A stretch of 64,000 nucleotides of DNA from Candidatus Doudnabacteria bacterium (GTDB lineage: Bacteria; Patescibacteriota; Doudnabacteria; UBA920; O2-02-FULL-48-8). The position numbers were made by a program, and so were the translations under genes. Below, piece by piece: positions 8,225 to 18,604 of this stretch. The notes below the pieces were generated by a model that was given only the letters and a program-made list of their open reading frames with translations, was not told where the DNA came from and did not search any database. The stretch lies in the NCBI GenBank assembly GCA_016182875.1, contig JACPFQ010000004.1:259515-323514 (forward strand). The letters are read 5' to 3'. Within the stretch, counting starts at the first letter, position 1. Each line of letters starts with the position of its first letter.

Positions 8225-9139
8225 ATGGCCAATAAAAGCAGAGAAGTATTAACTCATACCGGAGAACCTGAAGCGCCTGATAAGATTCAAGCAATTGAAA
8301 ATGAAGTTTTAACGGATGCTGAAAAAAGAAGCCCGGAATTTTTAGCTTATTTGGGGAAGGTTGATTTTGATTTGCTGCGTAAATTATTTTTTGAAATTTT
8401 CAAAAGAATCGGTATGGATGAAACAAGTTTTAATTTTTTAGGACCAGAGAGAATTGTTGAATCTAATCATGGTACCACATACAGCGGAATTGATAATGCC
8501 ATCATTATTGCCTTAAAAAATTTAGAAGCAACAGGAAGACCAACTGAACAGGATTTTGCTCATGTATTGATCCATGAAGAAGTTCATGCAACGGCAAAAA
8601 CTATTTGCAGGGGAGAAATTGATCCAACCTGGTTAGCAGATTATTTCCCAAATAAAGTTAACTCGATTCCTGAAAATCAATTCCGAGAACTTAGGTATGG
8701 CCTTTCCCGTCTTACGCTTCCTAAAAAAAGTATTCATGGAAGGACGAGAGTATTTTATCTCTTGAATGAAGGGGTAACTGAGAAGCTGGCACGAGAAATA
8801 TTTGAAAAATACGCCAATGTTAAAGACATGGATGTAAAGGAGCATGGCAAAAAAGTGAATGATGAGAAAAACCCAGAAAATTATTATTATCCGATCCCGG
8901 TTAGATTTGTTGAAGCATTAGTTGATAGAATTGCCAAAGAAACAGGTTTAGAATCTAAAATGGTTTGGGAAAGCTTTGTGCGAGCTGCTTATACGGGAGA
9001 AGATATGGAGAATCCTGAATTGCGGCAAGCTTTCGCGGAAACCATATCAGACGATTTTCTTTCCAGGCTGTCTCGTCTTGAAATTGGTGATGAAGAACAA
9101 ATGTTGGAGCTTATAGAGGAGTTGAAAAAGAATAATTAA
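8225..9139 (+). CDS. Hypothetical zincin-like metallopeptidase
   Basis: HEEVH (HExxH) plus downstream LNEGVTE. AT-rich. The ATG at 8225 is preferred as start. Confidence 0.55.
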   Translation: MANKSREVLTHTGEPEAPDKIQAIENEVLTDAEKRSPEFLAYLGKVDFDLLRKLFFEIFKRIGMDETSFNFLGPERIVESNHGTTYSGIDNAIIIALKNLEATGRPTEQDFAHVLIHEEVHATAKTICRGEIDPTWLADYFPNKVNSIPENQFRELRYGLSRLTLPKKSIHGRTRVFYLLNEGVTEKLAREIFEKYANVKDMDVKEHGKKVNDEKNPENYYYPIPVRFVEALVDRIAKETGLESKMVWESFVRAAYTGEDMENPELRQAFAETISDDFLSRLSRLEIGDEEQMLELIEELKKNN

Positions 9140-9146
9140 CCTGTTA

Positions 9147-9683
9147 TTGATGCATATAATGGACGCTTTATTTGGAGATGCGGATTTTGAAACTAGCAAG
9201 GAAGCCACAGCACTAATTGGCAAAATTATTGCAGCTCATAATTTGCAAAACAGCCTGCTTTACGATTTGGGCAGCTGCTGGGGCGGATTTGTGTTCGGCA
9301 TTCAAACTGCCTGCCCGGGCCTGCAAATAGTCGGTGTAGATAAAAGCAGGATAAAGACCTGGCTCGCCAGGCTGCGCAGCCTTTACCACAGAAATCAAAA
9401 TTTTCCGAGGTTTTTAAAGGCGGATATTTTTGACGTCGATGTTTCAAAAATCGATTTGGCATTCGTTTATTTGCCTCGACCATTGTTGCCGGCCTTGGAA
9501 GCAAAATTACAGAAAGACTTAAAACCTGGGTCGCTCGCAATAACTTATCGCGTTAATTTTCCCACCTGGCGGCCGACCCAAATTTTCGTGACTGATCTTA
9601 AGAGACGAGAGAGGAACAATATTTTTATTTATAAAAAAATTAATAAAATTTTGACCTTTGACAAACTGGAATTTCGCAAATAA
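9147..9683 (+). CDS. Class I SAM-dependent methyltransferase
   Basis: YDLGSCWGG motif I, ADIF, LKPGS. Confidence 0.8.
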   Translation: MMHIMDALFGDADFETSKEATALIGKIIAAHNLQNSLLYDLGSCWGGFVFGIQTACPGLQIVGVDKSRIKTWLARLRSLYHRNQNFPRFLKADIFDVDVSKIDLAFVYLPRPLLPALEAKLQKDLKPGSLAITYRVNFPTWRPTQIFVTDLKRRERNNIFIYKKINKILTFDKLEFRK

Positions 9684-9709
9684 GATATTGAGGTCCTTAA
9701 ATTTAATTT

Positions 9710-10111
9710 ATGTTTAAAAATTCAGCCAAAAAGCTAGAAATATTCGTCATTATCTCAATTATTGCCATAATCGGGATTATTTATGCTTTAGCCAAACAGC
9801 CGGTGGTGGCCCCGAGAGTAAGCCAGGACCGCAACCAAACGGAGAGCATCCAGCAAGTTCCCCAAACTGCGATTCAATATCAGGGCGTAGACGGCCAAAA
9901 CGCCTTATCACTGCTTAAGGCTTATCATAATGTCGAGACAAAAGATTACGCGGGAATTGGGGAGTACGTGATCTCTATCGACGGGATTGCTCCGGACAGC
10001 AAACATTTTTGGGCGTTTTATGTGAATGAGAAACAAGCCGAGGTTGGAGCCGGGGCTTACGTCACCAAAAGCTCGGACGTAATTGAATGGAAACTGGAAG
10101 AAATTAAATAG
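9710..10111 (+). CDS. Membrane-anchored DUF4430 (transcobalamin-like) protein
   Basis: N-terminal TM helix; GEYVISIDG...FWAFYVN...AEVGA..Y.....D.IEW signature. Confidence 0.85.
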   Translation: MFKNSAKKLEIFVIISIIAIIGIIYALAKQPVVAPRVSQDRNQTESIQQVPQTAIQYQGVDGQNALSLLKAYHNVETKDYAGIGEYVISIDGIAPDSKHFWAFYVNEKQAEVGAGAYVTKSSDVIEWKLEEIK

Positions 10112-10176
10112 TTTGTAGTTGGTAGTTTGTAGTGAGTAGAAACTACAAACTACTCACTACGCACTACTCACTATCG

Positions 10177-10692
10177 ATGCTCGCGTATTTTCTAATTTTT
10201 CTCGGAGCGTTTTTGCGAATCTTACCGCATCCGGCTAACTTCGCCCCGATTGCGGCCATTGCCTTGTTTGGCAGCGCTTATCTTAATAAAAAATTGGCGC
10301 TGATTCTGCCGCTTGTGGCCATGATTATCTCCGACTACTTCATCGGATTCGATTCGCTCAGCTCGCGTTTGACTGTTTACGGCACTTTTATTTTGGTCGG
10401 GCTTTTGGGATTCTGGCTGAGGGTCAAAAGAAGCCCGGGCCGGATTGTGGCCGCTTCCCTGGCCGGCTCCCTGATTTTTTATTTAATTACCAACTTCGCT
10501 TTTTTGTACCCTGCCGGTATGTACAGCCATGATTTGAACGGCGTGATGTCATCTTACATTAACGCTCTGCCGTTCTTTAGGAATACTTTGTTAGGCGACT
10601 TGTTTTACGTCAGCTTGTTTTTTGGAATTTATGAATTAGCATCGTACTATGTCAAGAATCATTCGAGTTCACGTTCAAACCCACGCGCATGA
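10177..10692 (+). CDS. DUF6580 family ECF S-component-like transporter (BtuM-like, candidate for B12 uptake)
   Basis: PHPANFAPIAAIALF, ISD, SLIFYLITNF, ALPFFRNTLLGDL; multiple TM helices. Confidence 0.75.
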   Translation: MLAYFLIFLGAFLRILPHPANFAPIAAIALFGSAYLNKKLALILPLVAMIISDYFIGFDSLSSRLTVYGTFILVGLLGFWLRVKRSPGRIVAASLAGSLIFYLITNFAFLYPAGMYSHDLNGVMSSYINALPFFRNTLLGDLFYVSLFFGIYELASYYVKNHSSSRSNPRA

Positions 10693-10873
10693 AGATCGGA
10701 TGGAAGAAACCGGCCTGGATGAGTACAAAATTTGGACCACAGCGATTTCGGAAAAGGGTGGGGCCAACCAAGCGGTAATCGAAATCATCGCGGATTTTTT
10801 TGACATCGTGCCCAGCAGCATCCGCATTATTTCCGGCAACAAAAGCCGGCATAAGCTCATCGAAATCCTATAA
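10649..10873 (+). CDS. DUF167 / UPF0235 (YggU-like) protein
   Basis: KGGANQAVI..IA.FF......I.IISG.KSRHK.IEI. Confidence 0.85.
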   Translation: MSRIIRVHVQTHAHEDRMEETGLDEYKIWTTAISEKGGANQAVIEIIADFFDIVPSSIRIISGNKSRHKLIEIL

Positions 10874-11155
10874 CCGTTCTCCCGTTCGCTCCCGTTTTTT
10901 ATCTAAAACTGAAATGCTGGTACATGAATTGCACGGCCGCGTAATTCATGTACTGGCATCGATGGAACATAAATATTGCGATCGCAAGAATTATGTTCCT
11001 CTAGTTGCGGCAAAAAATTTGGCTATTGTAGGTACCTAAAAAAGCCATGGCTAATTTAGGTGCCTCAATGGATAAAAAATCCTGTCAGCGGTGACGTTTA
11101 GACAGTGCAAATGCAACGCTACCAATCGTCAAGCGCTTTGTGTTAAAATTACTTT

Positions 11156-12391
11156 ATGTCCGAAACTCAATTGCTAAAAGGCTTTCGCGATTATCTGCCG
11201 CAGGAGCAGATGGCGCGGAAGAAAATAATTTCCAAAATCTCGGAAGTGTTCGAGCGTTTTGGGTTTGCCCCGGTCGACACTCCGGCCTTGGAATACTACA
11301 AACTTTTGGGCGGCAAATACGGCACTGAGGGTGAAAAGCTCATGTATAAATTCAAAGACCAGGGGGGACGCATGGTGGCGCTTCGTTATGACCTCACCGT
11401 GCCTTTGAGCCGAGTGCTGCTCAATTATCCCAATCTTCCCAAGCCGTTCAAGCGCTACCAAATCGCCCCGGTTTGGCGCGCGGAGAATCCTCAGAAAGGG
11501 CGCTTCCGCGAATTTGTGCAATGCGACGCAGACATCGTCGGCTCTGATTCCTTGATTGCCGACGCGGAAGTGGTCGCGACTTTTGCCGCCGCGTTCAAGA
11601 ATTTGGAAATTGGGGAAGTTGTGGTCAAGTTCAATGACCGCAGACTGATTGATCAAGTTTTGGACAAGCTTAAGGTTTCAACGGCAAAGCGGGTGAATTT
11701 TTTGAGAATCCTCGATAAGCTTGAGAAAATCGGCAAAAAGGAAACTTTGCAGAGCTTGAAGAAGGCAGGCTTTAAGCCAGACCTTTTGACTGAATATGAA
11801 AGCCAGATGAAATCAGCCGGCCTGGACTTTGTGGAACAGTTCGAAAATTTACTGGGAAGCTTTGGAGTGGGCAATATAAAATTTGACCCTTATTTGGCGC
11901 GCGGCTTGGATTATTATACCGGTACGATTTTTGAATTCATTTTGAAAAATAAACCCGAGTTTGGTTCAATCGCGGGAGGAGGGCGCTACGATAATTTGAT
12001 TAAAGACAATAAAGGCCAAGCCCTGCCCGCAGTCGGCTGTTCCATCGGCTTAGATAGGATGCTTTCGGCCTTGGAAGAAATGGGAGTGATTGCTCCGCAG
12101 ACCGCGGCGGAAGTGATTGTGTTTAATCTGGACGCAAGCCTTACTGCCGACTATTTGAATATTGCGACCAATCTGCGCTCAGCCGGCTTGGATTGCGAAT
12201 TTTATTATAAACCGGACAAGCTTGATAAACAATTCAAATATGCGGAAGCAAAAAATATCCAGGTTGCGGTGATTTACGGCCCCAATGAAGCAAAAGCGCG
12301 GAAGGTCAACGTGAAAAATTTAACGGAAAAAAAACAAGTTTCTGTTGACCTAGATGACTTAGTCACGGAAATCAAAAGCATGCTTTGGTAG
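11156..12391 (+). CDS. hisS: Histidyl-tRNA synthetase
   Basis: LRYDLTVP, PQKGRFREF.QCD.D, LARGLDYYTG, GGGRYDNL. Confidence 0.98.
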   Translation: MSETQLLKGFRDYLPQEQMARKKIISKISEVFERFGFAPVDTPALEYYKLLGGKYGTEGEKLMYKFKDQGGRMVALRYDLTVPLSRVLLNYPNLPKPFKRYQIAPVWRAENPQKGRFREFVQCDADIVGSDSLIADAEVVATFAAAFKNLEIGEVVVKFNDRRLIDQVLDKLKVSTAKRVNFLRILDKLEKIGKKETLQSLKKAGFKPDLLTEYESQMKSAGLDFVEQFENLLGSFGVGNIKFDPYLARGLDYYTGTIFEFILKNKPEFGSIAGGGRYDNLIKDNKGQALPAVGCSIGLDRMLSALEEMGVIAPQTAAEVIVFNLDASLTADYLNIATNLRSAGLDCEFYYKPDKLDKQFKYAEAKNIQVAVIYGPNEAKARKVNVKNLTEKKQVSVDLDDLVTEIKSMLW

Positions 12392-12394
12392 CTT

Positions 12395-13942
12395 ATGCTA
12401 TCTAAATCGAAAATTTTTTTGATTCTTTGCTTGGGCTTCATCGCCGGGGTTTGGCTGGGAAAGTATGCGAATTTGGAAATCATGGCTTTGCTGGCCATGT
12501 TTTTTGTTGTCATCGCCACGTTGGGATGGCAGAGCAAACTTGCCAAGCTAGCCGGCTTCGCGGGAATCGTTTTGGTTTTGGGCATGGGTCGGATTTATTT
12601 TTCTCTGGACGAAAATAAACTTGTACCCTTCTACGGCCAGACGCTAAACGTGCAGGGTCTAATCACCGAAGAGCCGGACGTGAGAAGCGATAAGACCTAT
12701 TTGACTTTGGGCAGATTGAAAATTGAGTCAGAAGAAGTTGATTCGAAAATCCTGCTGACTGTGCCGAAGTTCCCTGAATACAAATACGGTAACGTATTAA
12801 AGCTTACCGCCAAAATCCAGGAGCCGCGAGATGCGGAAACCAAAGGCGAATTTTCATATAAAAACTATCTTTCCAAATCCGGCATTGAAGCAGTAGTTTA
12901 TTACCCGAAAATTGAAGTTTTGGCAGAAAACCAGGGCAATGTAGTCAAGGCAAGCCTGCTTGCTTTGAAGCAGAGATTCATCCGGGCCATTTCTGAAATT
13001 CTGCCCGAACCTCATAATTCCTTCTTAGCCGGGCTTTTGGTGGGGTTAAGGCGTGGCATTCCCCAAGATTTGCTGGAAAATTTCAACATCACCGGCACGA
13101 CTCACATCATCGCGCTTTCCGGCTTCAACATCACCATCATCGCCCGGGCGGTGGACGGGGTGCTTCTCAATTGGTTTCGCCGCCGAATCTCCTTCGCGCT
13201 TTCTTTGATTTGCATAGCAAGCTTTGTGATTATGACCGGCGCTTCGGCCTCGGTAGTGCGGGCGGCGATTATGGGTATTTTGGCCATGCTGGCTTTGAAC
13301 ATCGGGCGGGTCAAGGCGATTAATAATGCCATGGCTTTTACCGGGGCGGTGATGGTTGGCCTGAATCCGAAAATCTTGCATTTCGACCTTGGTTTCCAGC
13401 TTTCGTTTCTGGCTTTAATGGGTTTGGTTTATTTAGCACCCAAATTGGAGCCGTATTTTTTGCGGCTTTGGAAATGGCTCCGCGAAATTTTGGTTGCCAC
13501 TTTATCGGCGCAGATTTTCGTCATCCCGGTTTTGCTTCTTAACTTCGACCGGCTGTCGCTCGTCGCTCCGCTTACGAACGTCTTGATTCTGCTTGTGATT
13601 CCATTTGCCATGCTGTTCGGATTTTTGGGAGGCTTGGCTGGCTTGGTTTGGAAAGCTTTGGCCTTGCCGTTTGTCTGGGTTGCCTGGGCCATGCTGGAAT
13701 ACATCATCTGGATAGTTGAGTGGACCGCAAAAATTCCATTTGCGTCCATAAATTATGAAAGCTTCGCCGTCTGGATGCTGATTTTGTACTATGCTGTTTT
13801 GATTGCGTTCTTGAACAGAAGATTTTTGCAGGAGCTTTGGATTAGATTGCTTCGTCGGCCTTTCGGCCTCCTCGCAAATGCGCCTACCGTTCCCGTATCT
13901 GCGAGGAGTGAAACGACGAAGCAATCTATCCCCGAGGATTAA
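12395..13942 (+). CDS. comEC: ComEC/Rec2 competence protein (DUF4131 plus membrane domain)
   Basis: GTTHIIALSGFN, ASVVRAAIM, DLGFQLSF. Confidence 0.95.
   Translation: MLSKSKIFLILCLGFIAGVWLGKYANLEIMALLAMFFVVIATLGWQSKLAKLAGFAGIVLVLGMGRIYFSLDENKLVPFYGQTLNVQGLITEEPDVRSDKTYLTLGRLKIESEEVDSKILLTVPKFPEYKYGNVLKLTAKIQEPRDAETKGEFSYKNYLSKSGIEAVVYYPKIEVLAENQGNVVKASLLALKQRFIRAISEILPEPHNSFLAGLLVGLRRGIPQDLLENFNITGTTHIIALSGFNITIIARAVDGVLLNWFRRRISFALSLICIASFVIMTGASASVVRAAIMGILAMLALNIGRVKAINNAMAFTGAVMVGLNPKILHFDLGFQLSFLALMGLVYLAPKLEPYFLRLWKWLREILVATLSAQIFVIPVLLLNFDRLSLVAPLTNVLILLVIPFAMLFGFLGGLAGLVWKALALPFVWVAWAMLEYIIWIVEWTAKIPFASINYESFAVWMLILYYAVLIAFLNRRFLQELWIRLLRRPFGLLANAPTVPVSARSETTKQSIPED
13844..13927. repeat. 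RPE-like palindrome translated as the ComEC C-terminus (relative at 18510-18592)
   Basis: AGATTGCTTCGTCG...CTCCTCGCA...TGCGAGGAG...CGACGAAGCAATCT. Confidence 0.8.
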
Positions 13943-13945
13943 GTC

Positions 13946-14842
13946 ATGGAGGCTCAAACTAAAACCCTCATAAAAAGATTTCTTGTTCCTCTTCTCTTCG
14001 CCAATCTGGCCGTCTTTGCCGGGTACATTCAGTTCCAGCCGGATTTTTTGATGCACATCAACTTCTATGATGTCGGACAAGGCGACTCGATTTTGATTCA
14101 AACTTATTTGGGCAACCAAATTCTGATCGACGGCGGGCCGTCAGATGCCGTGCTTGGGCATCTGGGCCAAGACCTGCCGTTCTTTGACCGGACGATCGAT
14201 ATGATAATTTTGACCCATGCCCATAATGACCATGTTGCCGGCTTGATCGATGTGCTAAAGCGTTATCGGGTCAAAAAAGTTATCTTGCCGGAAGTGGCCT
14301 TTGAGTCCGGACCGTACAAAGAGTTTTTGAATTTGATTGAAGAAAAGAATGTCGAAAGAATTTTTGCCCATGCAGGCCAAAGAATTTATCTAGACAGCGG
14401 TACAGTTTTCGATGTTTACTATCCCTATGGCAAAGTTGCCGGGGTAACTTCCAGCGGCAAGTATCAGCTGGAAAGCGACGACCTGAATGACACCTCGATT
14501 GTCGGCAAATTGAGTTTTGGCAAAAATAAAATTTTGCTGACCGGTGATGCCGGCATAAACGTTGAGCAGCAGCTTCTGCTGCAGTACGACTTGGATTCTG
14601 ATTTGCTTAAGGTCGGCCACCATGGCAGCAGGCATTCCACTTCCAAAGAATTTTTGAAGGAAGTGACACCTGAATATTCGGTAATCCAAGTGGGCAAAAA
14701 TAATTATGGTCATCCGACTCAGGAAACCTTGGACAACCTGGCTGCGGCTTCTGTCCAAGTTTTCCGTAATGACCAAAATAAAACCGTCCGATTTGTTTCT
14801 GACGGCGTCAATCTTTACCCCGTTAGAAATCCGATGCGTTAA
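13946..14842 (+). CDS. ComEC-associated metallo-beta-lactamase-fold nuclease
   Basis: DVGQGD, LTHAHNDH, LKVGHHGS, YGHP. Confidence 0.93.
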   Translation: MEAQTKTLIKRFLVPLLFANLAVFAGYIQFQPDFLMHINFYDVGQGDSILIQTYLGNQILIDGGPSDAVLGHLGQDLPFFDRTIDMIILTHAHNDHVAGLIDVLKRYRVKKVILPEVAFESGPYKEFLNLIEEKNVERIFAHAGQRIYLDSGTVFDVYYPYGKVAGVTSSGKYQLESDDLNDTSIVGKLSFGKNKILLTGDAGINVEQQLLLQYDLDSDLLKVGHHGSRHSTSKEFLKEVTPEYSVIQVGKNNYGHPTQETLDNLAAASVQVFRNDQNKTVRFVSDGVNLYPVRNPMR

Positions 14843-14923
14843 CGCATCGGCAGATGTCTAAGACATCTTATTTCTAACGGAGTTTACAAAAAGTGAAATT
14901 TTTGCTAAAATGACAAAGCAATC

Positions 14924-15574
14924 ATGAATAGTAAATTTTTAGCAGTTATTGCAGTAATAGTTTTGGGAGTCGTCGCTGGTGTTTTTTATTTTAAGAATCG
15001 AAGTCAAGAGTCAGGAAACAGTAATCAGGAACCAGTCGAACAGGAACAATCAACTCAAGCTGTTACACCTCAGCCGCCACCGCAGCAGTCAAGCGTTCCC
15101 GAACAAGCCACGGCAGTGATTGAAGTCGAGGGCTACGGAACCATTAACTTGAGCCTTGATGGCAAGGCCGCACCCAAGACCGTGGCGAATTTCATCAAAC
15201 TTTCCAAAGACGGCTTTTATAACGGCCTCAAATTCCACCGTGTGGTTCCAAACTTCGTGATTCAAGGCGGCGACCCGGAAGGCACGGGGCTGGGCGGCCC
15301 TGGCTATACGGTTCCTGCCGAAATCAGCCTTAAGCACAAGAAGGGCGCGATTGCCATGGCCCGCACGGACGATTCGGTCAATCCCAGCCGCGCTTCTTCC
15401 GGCAGCCAGTTTTATATCGCTGTGCAGGATTTGACGAGTTTGGACGGGCAATACACGGTCTTCGGATACGTCACGTCCGGCATGGATGTCGTGATTCAGA
15501 TTAGCGAAGTTCCGACCGAACCCGGCGATTACCCGATTAAGGATATTGTTATTAAGAGAATTATGATAGAGTAA
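14924..15574 (+). CDS. Membrane-anchored cyclophilin-type peptidyl-prolyl isomerase
   Basis: APKTVANF, FHRVVPNFVIQGGDP, SGSQFYI, YTVFG. Confidence 0.96.
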   Translation: MNSKFLAVIAVIVLGVVAGVFYFKNRSQESGNSNQEPVEQEQSTQAVTPQPPPQQSSVPEQATAVIEVEGYGTINLSLDGKAAPKTVANFIKLSKDGFYNGLKFHRVVPNFVIQGGDPEGTGLGGPGYTVPAEISLKHKKGAIAMARTDDSVNPSRASSGSQFYIAVQDLTSLDGQYTVFGYVTSGMDVVIQISEVPTEPGDYPIKDIVIKRIMIE

Positions 15575-15588
15575 TACAAATTAGAATT

Positions 15589-15683
15589 TCCCTCCCCTTG
15601 CAGGGGAGGGACCAAGGGTGGGGTGGATAGAGGCAACCTCATCCCACCTCTCCCCCGACCCCTCTCCTGGAAGGAGAGGGGAG
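15589..15683. repeat. Empty DUF559-type palindromic element
   Basis: CCCTCCCC..GGGGAGGG-GGGTGGGG...CCCACCTCTCCCCC-CCCCTCTCC..GGAGAGGGG; near copy at 20671-20766. Confidence 0.8.
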
Positions 15684-15707
15684 ATCTAATCTGAAGTAAA
15701 CAAAGCT

Positions 15708-16301
15708 ATGACTAAGCACCCAAGAGAAGAGCGAACTTATGTCATGATCAAGCCGGACGGGGTTAAGCGCGGGTTGATTGGAGAAATTATTAAGCGCATT
15801 GAGCAGAGAGGATTGAAAGTTGTCGCGCTGGAAATGGAACATCCGACTCATAAGCAGATGGACGATCACTATCCCAAAGATCCCAAATGGATTACTAGGC
15901 TCGGCGAAAAAACACTCTCGACCTATGCCAAATTCGGTTATGACGCCATGAAAGAGCTAGGAACTGACAAAGCCGAAAAAATTGGGCCAATGGTGCGCGA
16001 ATGGTTGATTAATTATATGAGTTCAGCGCCGTTGGTAAAGATTGTCGTCGAAGGGATCCACGCCATAGACATGGTCAAAAAATTAGCAGGCAAGACTATG
16101 CCGATTGATGCTGAAATGGGCACGATCCGCGGGGATTTTTCTGCCGATTCTGCTGCCGCAGCTAATCGAGACAGACGCGCGGTGCATAATTTGGTTCATA
16201 TTTCCGAAACGCCGGAAGAAGCAGAACACGAAATCGCTCACTGGTTTACGCAGGATCAAATCCATGATTACAAGCGGGTGGAAGAAGACCTGATGATTTA
16301 G
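15708..16301 (+). CDS. ndk: Nucleoside diphosphate kinase
   Basis: ERTYVMIKPDGVKRGLIGEII, GTIRGDF, NLVH.S. Confidence 0.97.
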   Translation: MTKHPREERTYVMIKPDGVKRGLIGEIIKRIEQRGLKVVALEMEHPTHKQMDDHYPKDPKWITRLGEKTLSTYAKFGYDAMKELGTDKAEKIGPMVREWLINYMSSAPLVKIVVEGIHAIDMVKKLAGKTMPIDAEMGTIRGDFSADSAAAANRDRRAVHNLVHISETPEEAEHEIAHWFTQDQIHDYKRVEEDLMI

Positions 16302-16560
16302 GTCACGTAACACGTATCATGTAACACGTAACAGAGACAGCCTGAGGGCTGTTTTTGTTTTTCTATTTTTGTTAGAATCAGAAGCATGGGAGGCCTCATG
16401 GCTGAAAAAAGCAAGAAAACTGAGGTCTCCAAAAGGCCTCAGAATTACCGAATGCCATCGCCAGAAGAATTCCGGTGTTGGCTGGAAGATCTTCTTAGGG
16501 AAGCTGGCCTTAAGCCAGCTCAGCCGAAATCGGAGAAAGAATAACTGAGAGGAGGACGAC

Positions 16561-16941
16561 ATGTCGTACGCTGTCTGCGTTTCAATGTACGTCGTGAACA
16601 ATTTGCCGTACGGGGGTAGGTCTAGGAAACTAGTCATTGTCAGGGAAACCGAGGAAGAGGCCCAAAAGCTGGCCGAAGCATTCAAGGCGGAATCAAGGGA
16701 TCATCAGCACATAATCGACGTCGAAGTTTGCCCGGTGCGTGAGCTGAAGGGAATTGTTCCTGCTTTCGTCCGCAACTGGAAGCAGACGATAATCACAGAG
16801 GACACTGAGGAACATAGCCGTCACGCGCAGCACGTAACCGCAGCAAGGAAACGGCTAGCGGCTGAGCCAGTGACTGATTCTGCGCGCCGCGACAGCTTCC
16901 AGGACGACATCGATACAGCCTTAGGCCGTCATCAGAAGTAG
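16561..16941 (+). CDS. Hypothetical protein (GC-rich orphan)
   Basis: 126-aa ORF with a GGAGGA RBS. Confidence 0.6.
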   Translation: MSYAVCVSMYVVNNLPYGGRSRKLVIVRETEEEAQKLAEAFKAESRDHQHIIDVEVCPVRELKGIVPAFVRNWKQTIITEDTEEHSRHAQHVTAARKRLAAEPVTDSARRDSFQDDIDTALGRHQK

Positions 16942-17156
16942 CAAGGTCTTCGGCTCCGTCGAGCTCCTGCCGTAACGCGACGATTGTGCCTGCCCGCCGA
17001 AGTTTTAACGAAGGCGGGAGGGGAATCGTCTTTTATTTTTGCCCAGAATTGCTGGTATAATGGATAGAGCATTAGCCCGCAGTTCCTCCCCTCTCCTTCC
17101 AGGAGAGGAATTCTCTCCCTCATCGGCCGCCGGGGGCTGGTCGGGGGAGAGGTGGG

Positions 17157-17523
17157 ATGAGAATCAACAGGAATCTTTTGCAAAAGTCCAAGCTACAGCG
17201 CAAATCCCAGAATCCCTGGGAAGCCAAGCTTTGGTATTACCTCAGAGCTAAAAGATTCCAGAATTTTAAATTCAGAAGGCAAGTGGTTATTGGTCCTTTT
17301 ATCGTTGATTTTTATTTGCATAAGCTAAGGCTGATCATAGAACTCGACAGTGGGCAGCATAATGAGAATATAAATATACGTAAGGACCAGGGCAGGCAAA
17401 ATATTTATAGATCAAGGCTATACAGTCCTCAGATTCTGGAACAATGAGCTAGACGATAATATAGACGGCGTACTGGATACAATTTACAAAGCTTTAACCA
17501 CCTCTCTCGACCGGAATAATTAA
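17157..17523 (+). pseudogene. DUF559 (Vsr-like) endonuclease, frameshifted, inside palindromic arms
   Basis: EAKLW..LR...FRRQ..IGPFIVDF...IIELDSGQH; the ...GYTVLRFWNNE continuation is in another frame after ~17405. Confidence 0.85.
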
Positions 17524-17593
17524 CCTCAGAAGCGGTCGGTCTCTCCTGGAAGGAGAGACAACTGCTGCCTGACGCTTCAGCCAAACCAAATCC

Positions 17594-18511
17594 ATGCCAG
17601 AATTGCCAGAAGTCGAAACCATTGTTCGAGAGCTTAGACCTAAGCTTCGAAACAAAAAAATCAAAGACATCCGCGTCTTGCTGCCAAAAATGGTGGCGCT
17701 GGGGCCGGCGACTTTACCGAATCTTCGAAACACTTCTGGATTAGTGGCAGTTAAATTTGCCAAGACGTTAAAAGGTTTGAAGGTTACAAATGTTAAAAGG
17801 CGCGCGAAGCTTATCATTATCGACTTGGCGGGTAAATATTCTATTTTGGTTCATCTGAAAATGACTGGTCAACTAATTTTTTTAGATAAAAAGCATCTTA
17901 ACAAGCAGATAAGGCTTTTAAACATTCCAACTTTAAAACCTTCTAACCTCCCGGCCAAATCTACGCACGTCATTTTTGATTTCACGGACGGCTCTAGGCT
18001 TTTTTACAATGACTTTCGGCGGTTTGGGTACTTGAAGCTAGTTACTGATCAAGAACTGCCGCACGTCAGGGAATTGCAGGAATACGGTCCTGAGCCGCTT
18101 GACATAAATTTCACGACCGGTAAATTTATGTCAATTGTGAATAAACGACCGAAAGCAAAAATCAAACAATTTTTAATGGATCCAAAAAATATTGCCGGAA
18201 TCGGAAATATTTATTCCGACGAGATTTTGTATTATGCCAAGCTCAGGCCAAATCGGAGAGTGAACAGCCTGACGACGCAGGAGAAAAAAAAGTTATACTT
18301 AGGTATAGCAAAAATCTTGGGCGATGCCGTAGTGCATTACGGTTCATCGGTCGGAGACTTCGTCCGGCCTAGCGGCGATTGGGGGACCTACGGCTTTTTG
18401 CATAAAGTCTATGGCCGGGCAGGAGAAAAATGCAAAGTTTGTGGTAGTATAATAAAGAGCATTAAGTTCAACGGCAGGACGGGAAGTTTCTGTCCTGTTT
18501 GCCAGAAATAG
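17594..18511 (+). CDS. mutM: Formamidopyrimidine-DNA glycosylase
   Basis: MPELPEVET, HLKMTG, AGIGNIY.DE, C-terminal zinc finger CKVC...CPVCQ. Confidence 0.98.
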   Translation: MPELPEVETIVRELRPKLRNKKIKDIRVLLPKMVALGPATLPNLRNTSGLVAVKFAKTLKGLKVTNVKRRAKLIIIDLAGKYSILVHLKMTGQLIFLDKKHLNKQIRLLNIPTLKPSNLPAKSTHVIFDFTDGSRLFYNDFRRFGYLKLVTDQELPHVRELQEYGPEPLDINFTTGKFMSIVNKRPKAKIKQFLMDPKNIAGIGNIYSDEILYYAKLRPNRRVNSLTTQEKKKLYLGIAKILGDAVVHYGSSVGDFVRPSGDWGTYGFLHKVYGRAGEKCKVCGSIIKSIKFNGRTGSFCPVCQK

Positions 18512-18604
18512 ATCGCCGCGTCGGCCTACGGCCTCCTCGCGAATGCGCATTTGCGAGGACCCCGGACTCCGATCCGGGGGACAAAGCAATCCAACCTAAA
18601 CCCT

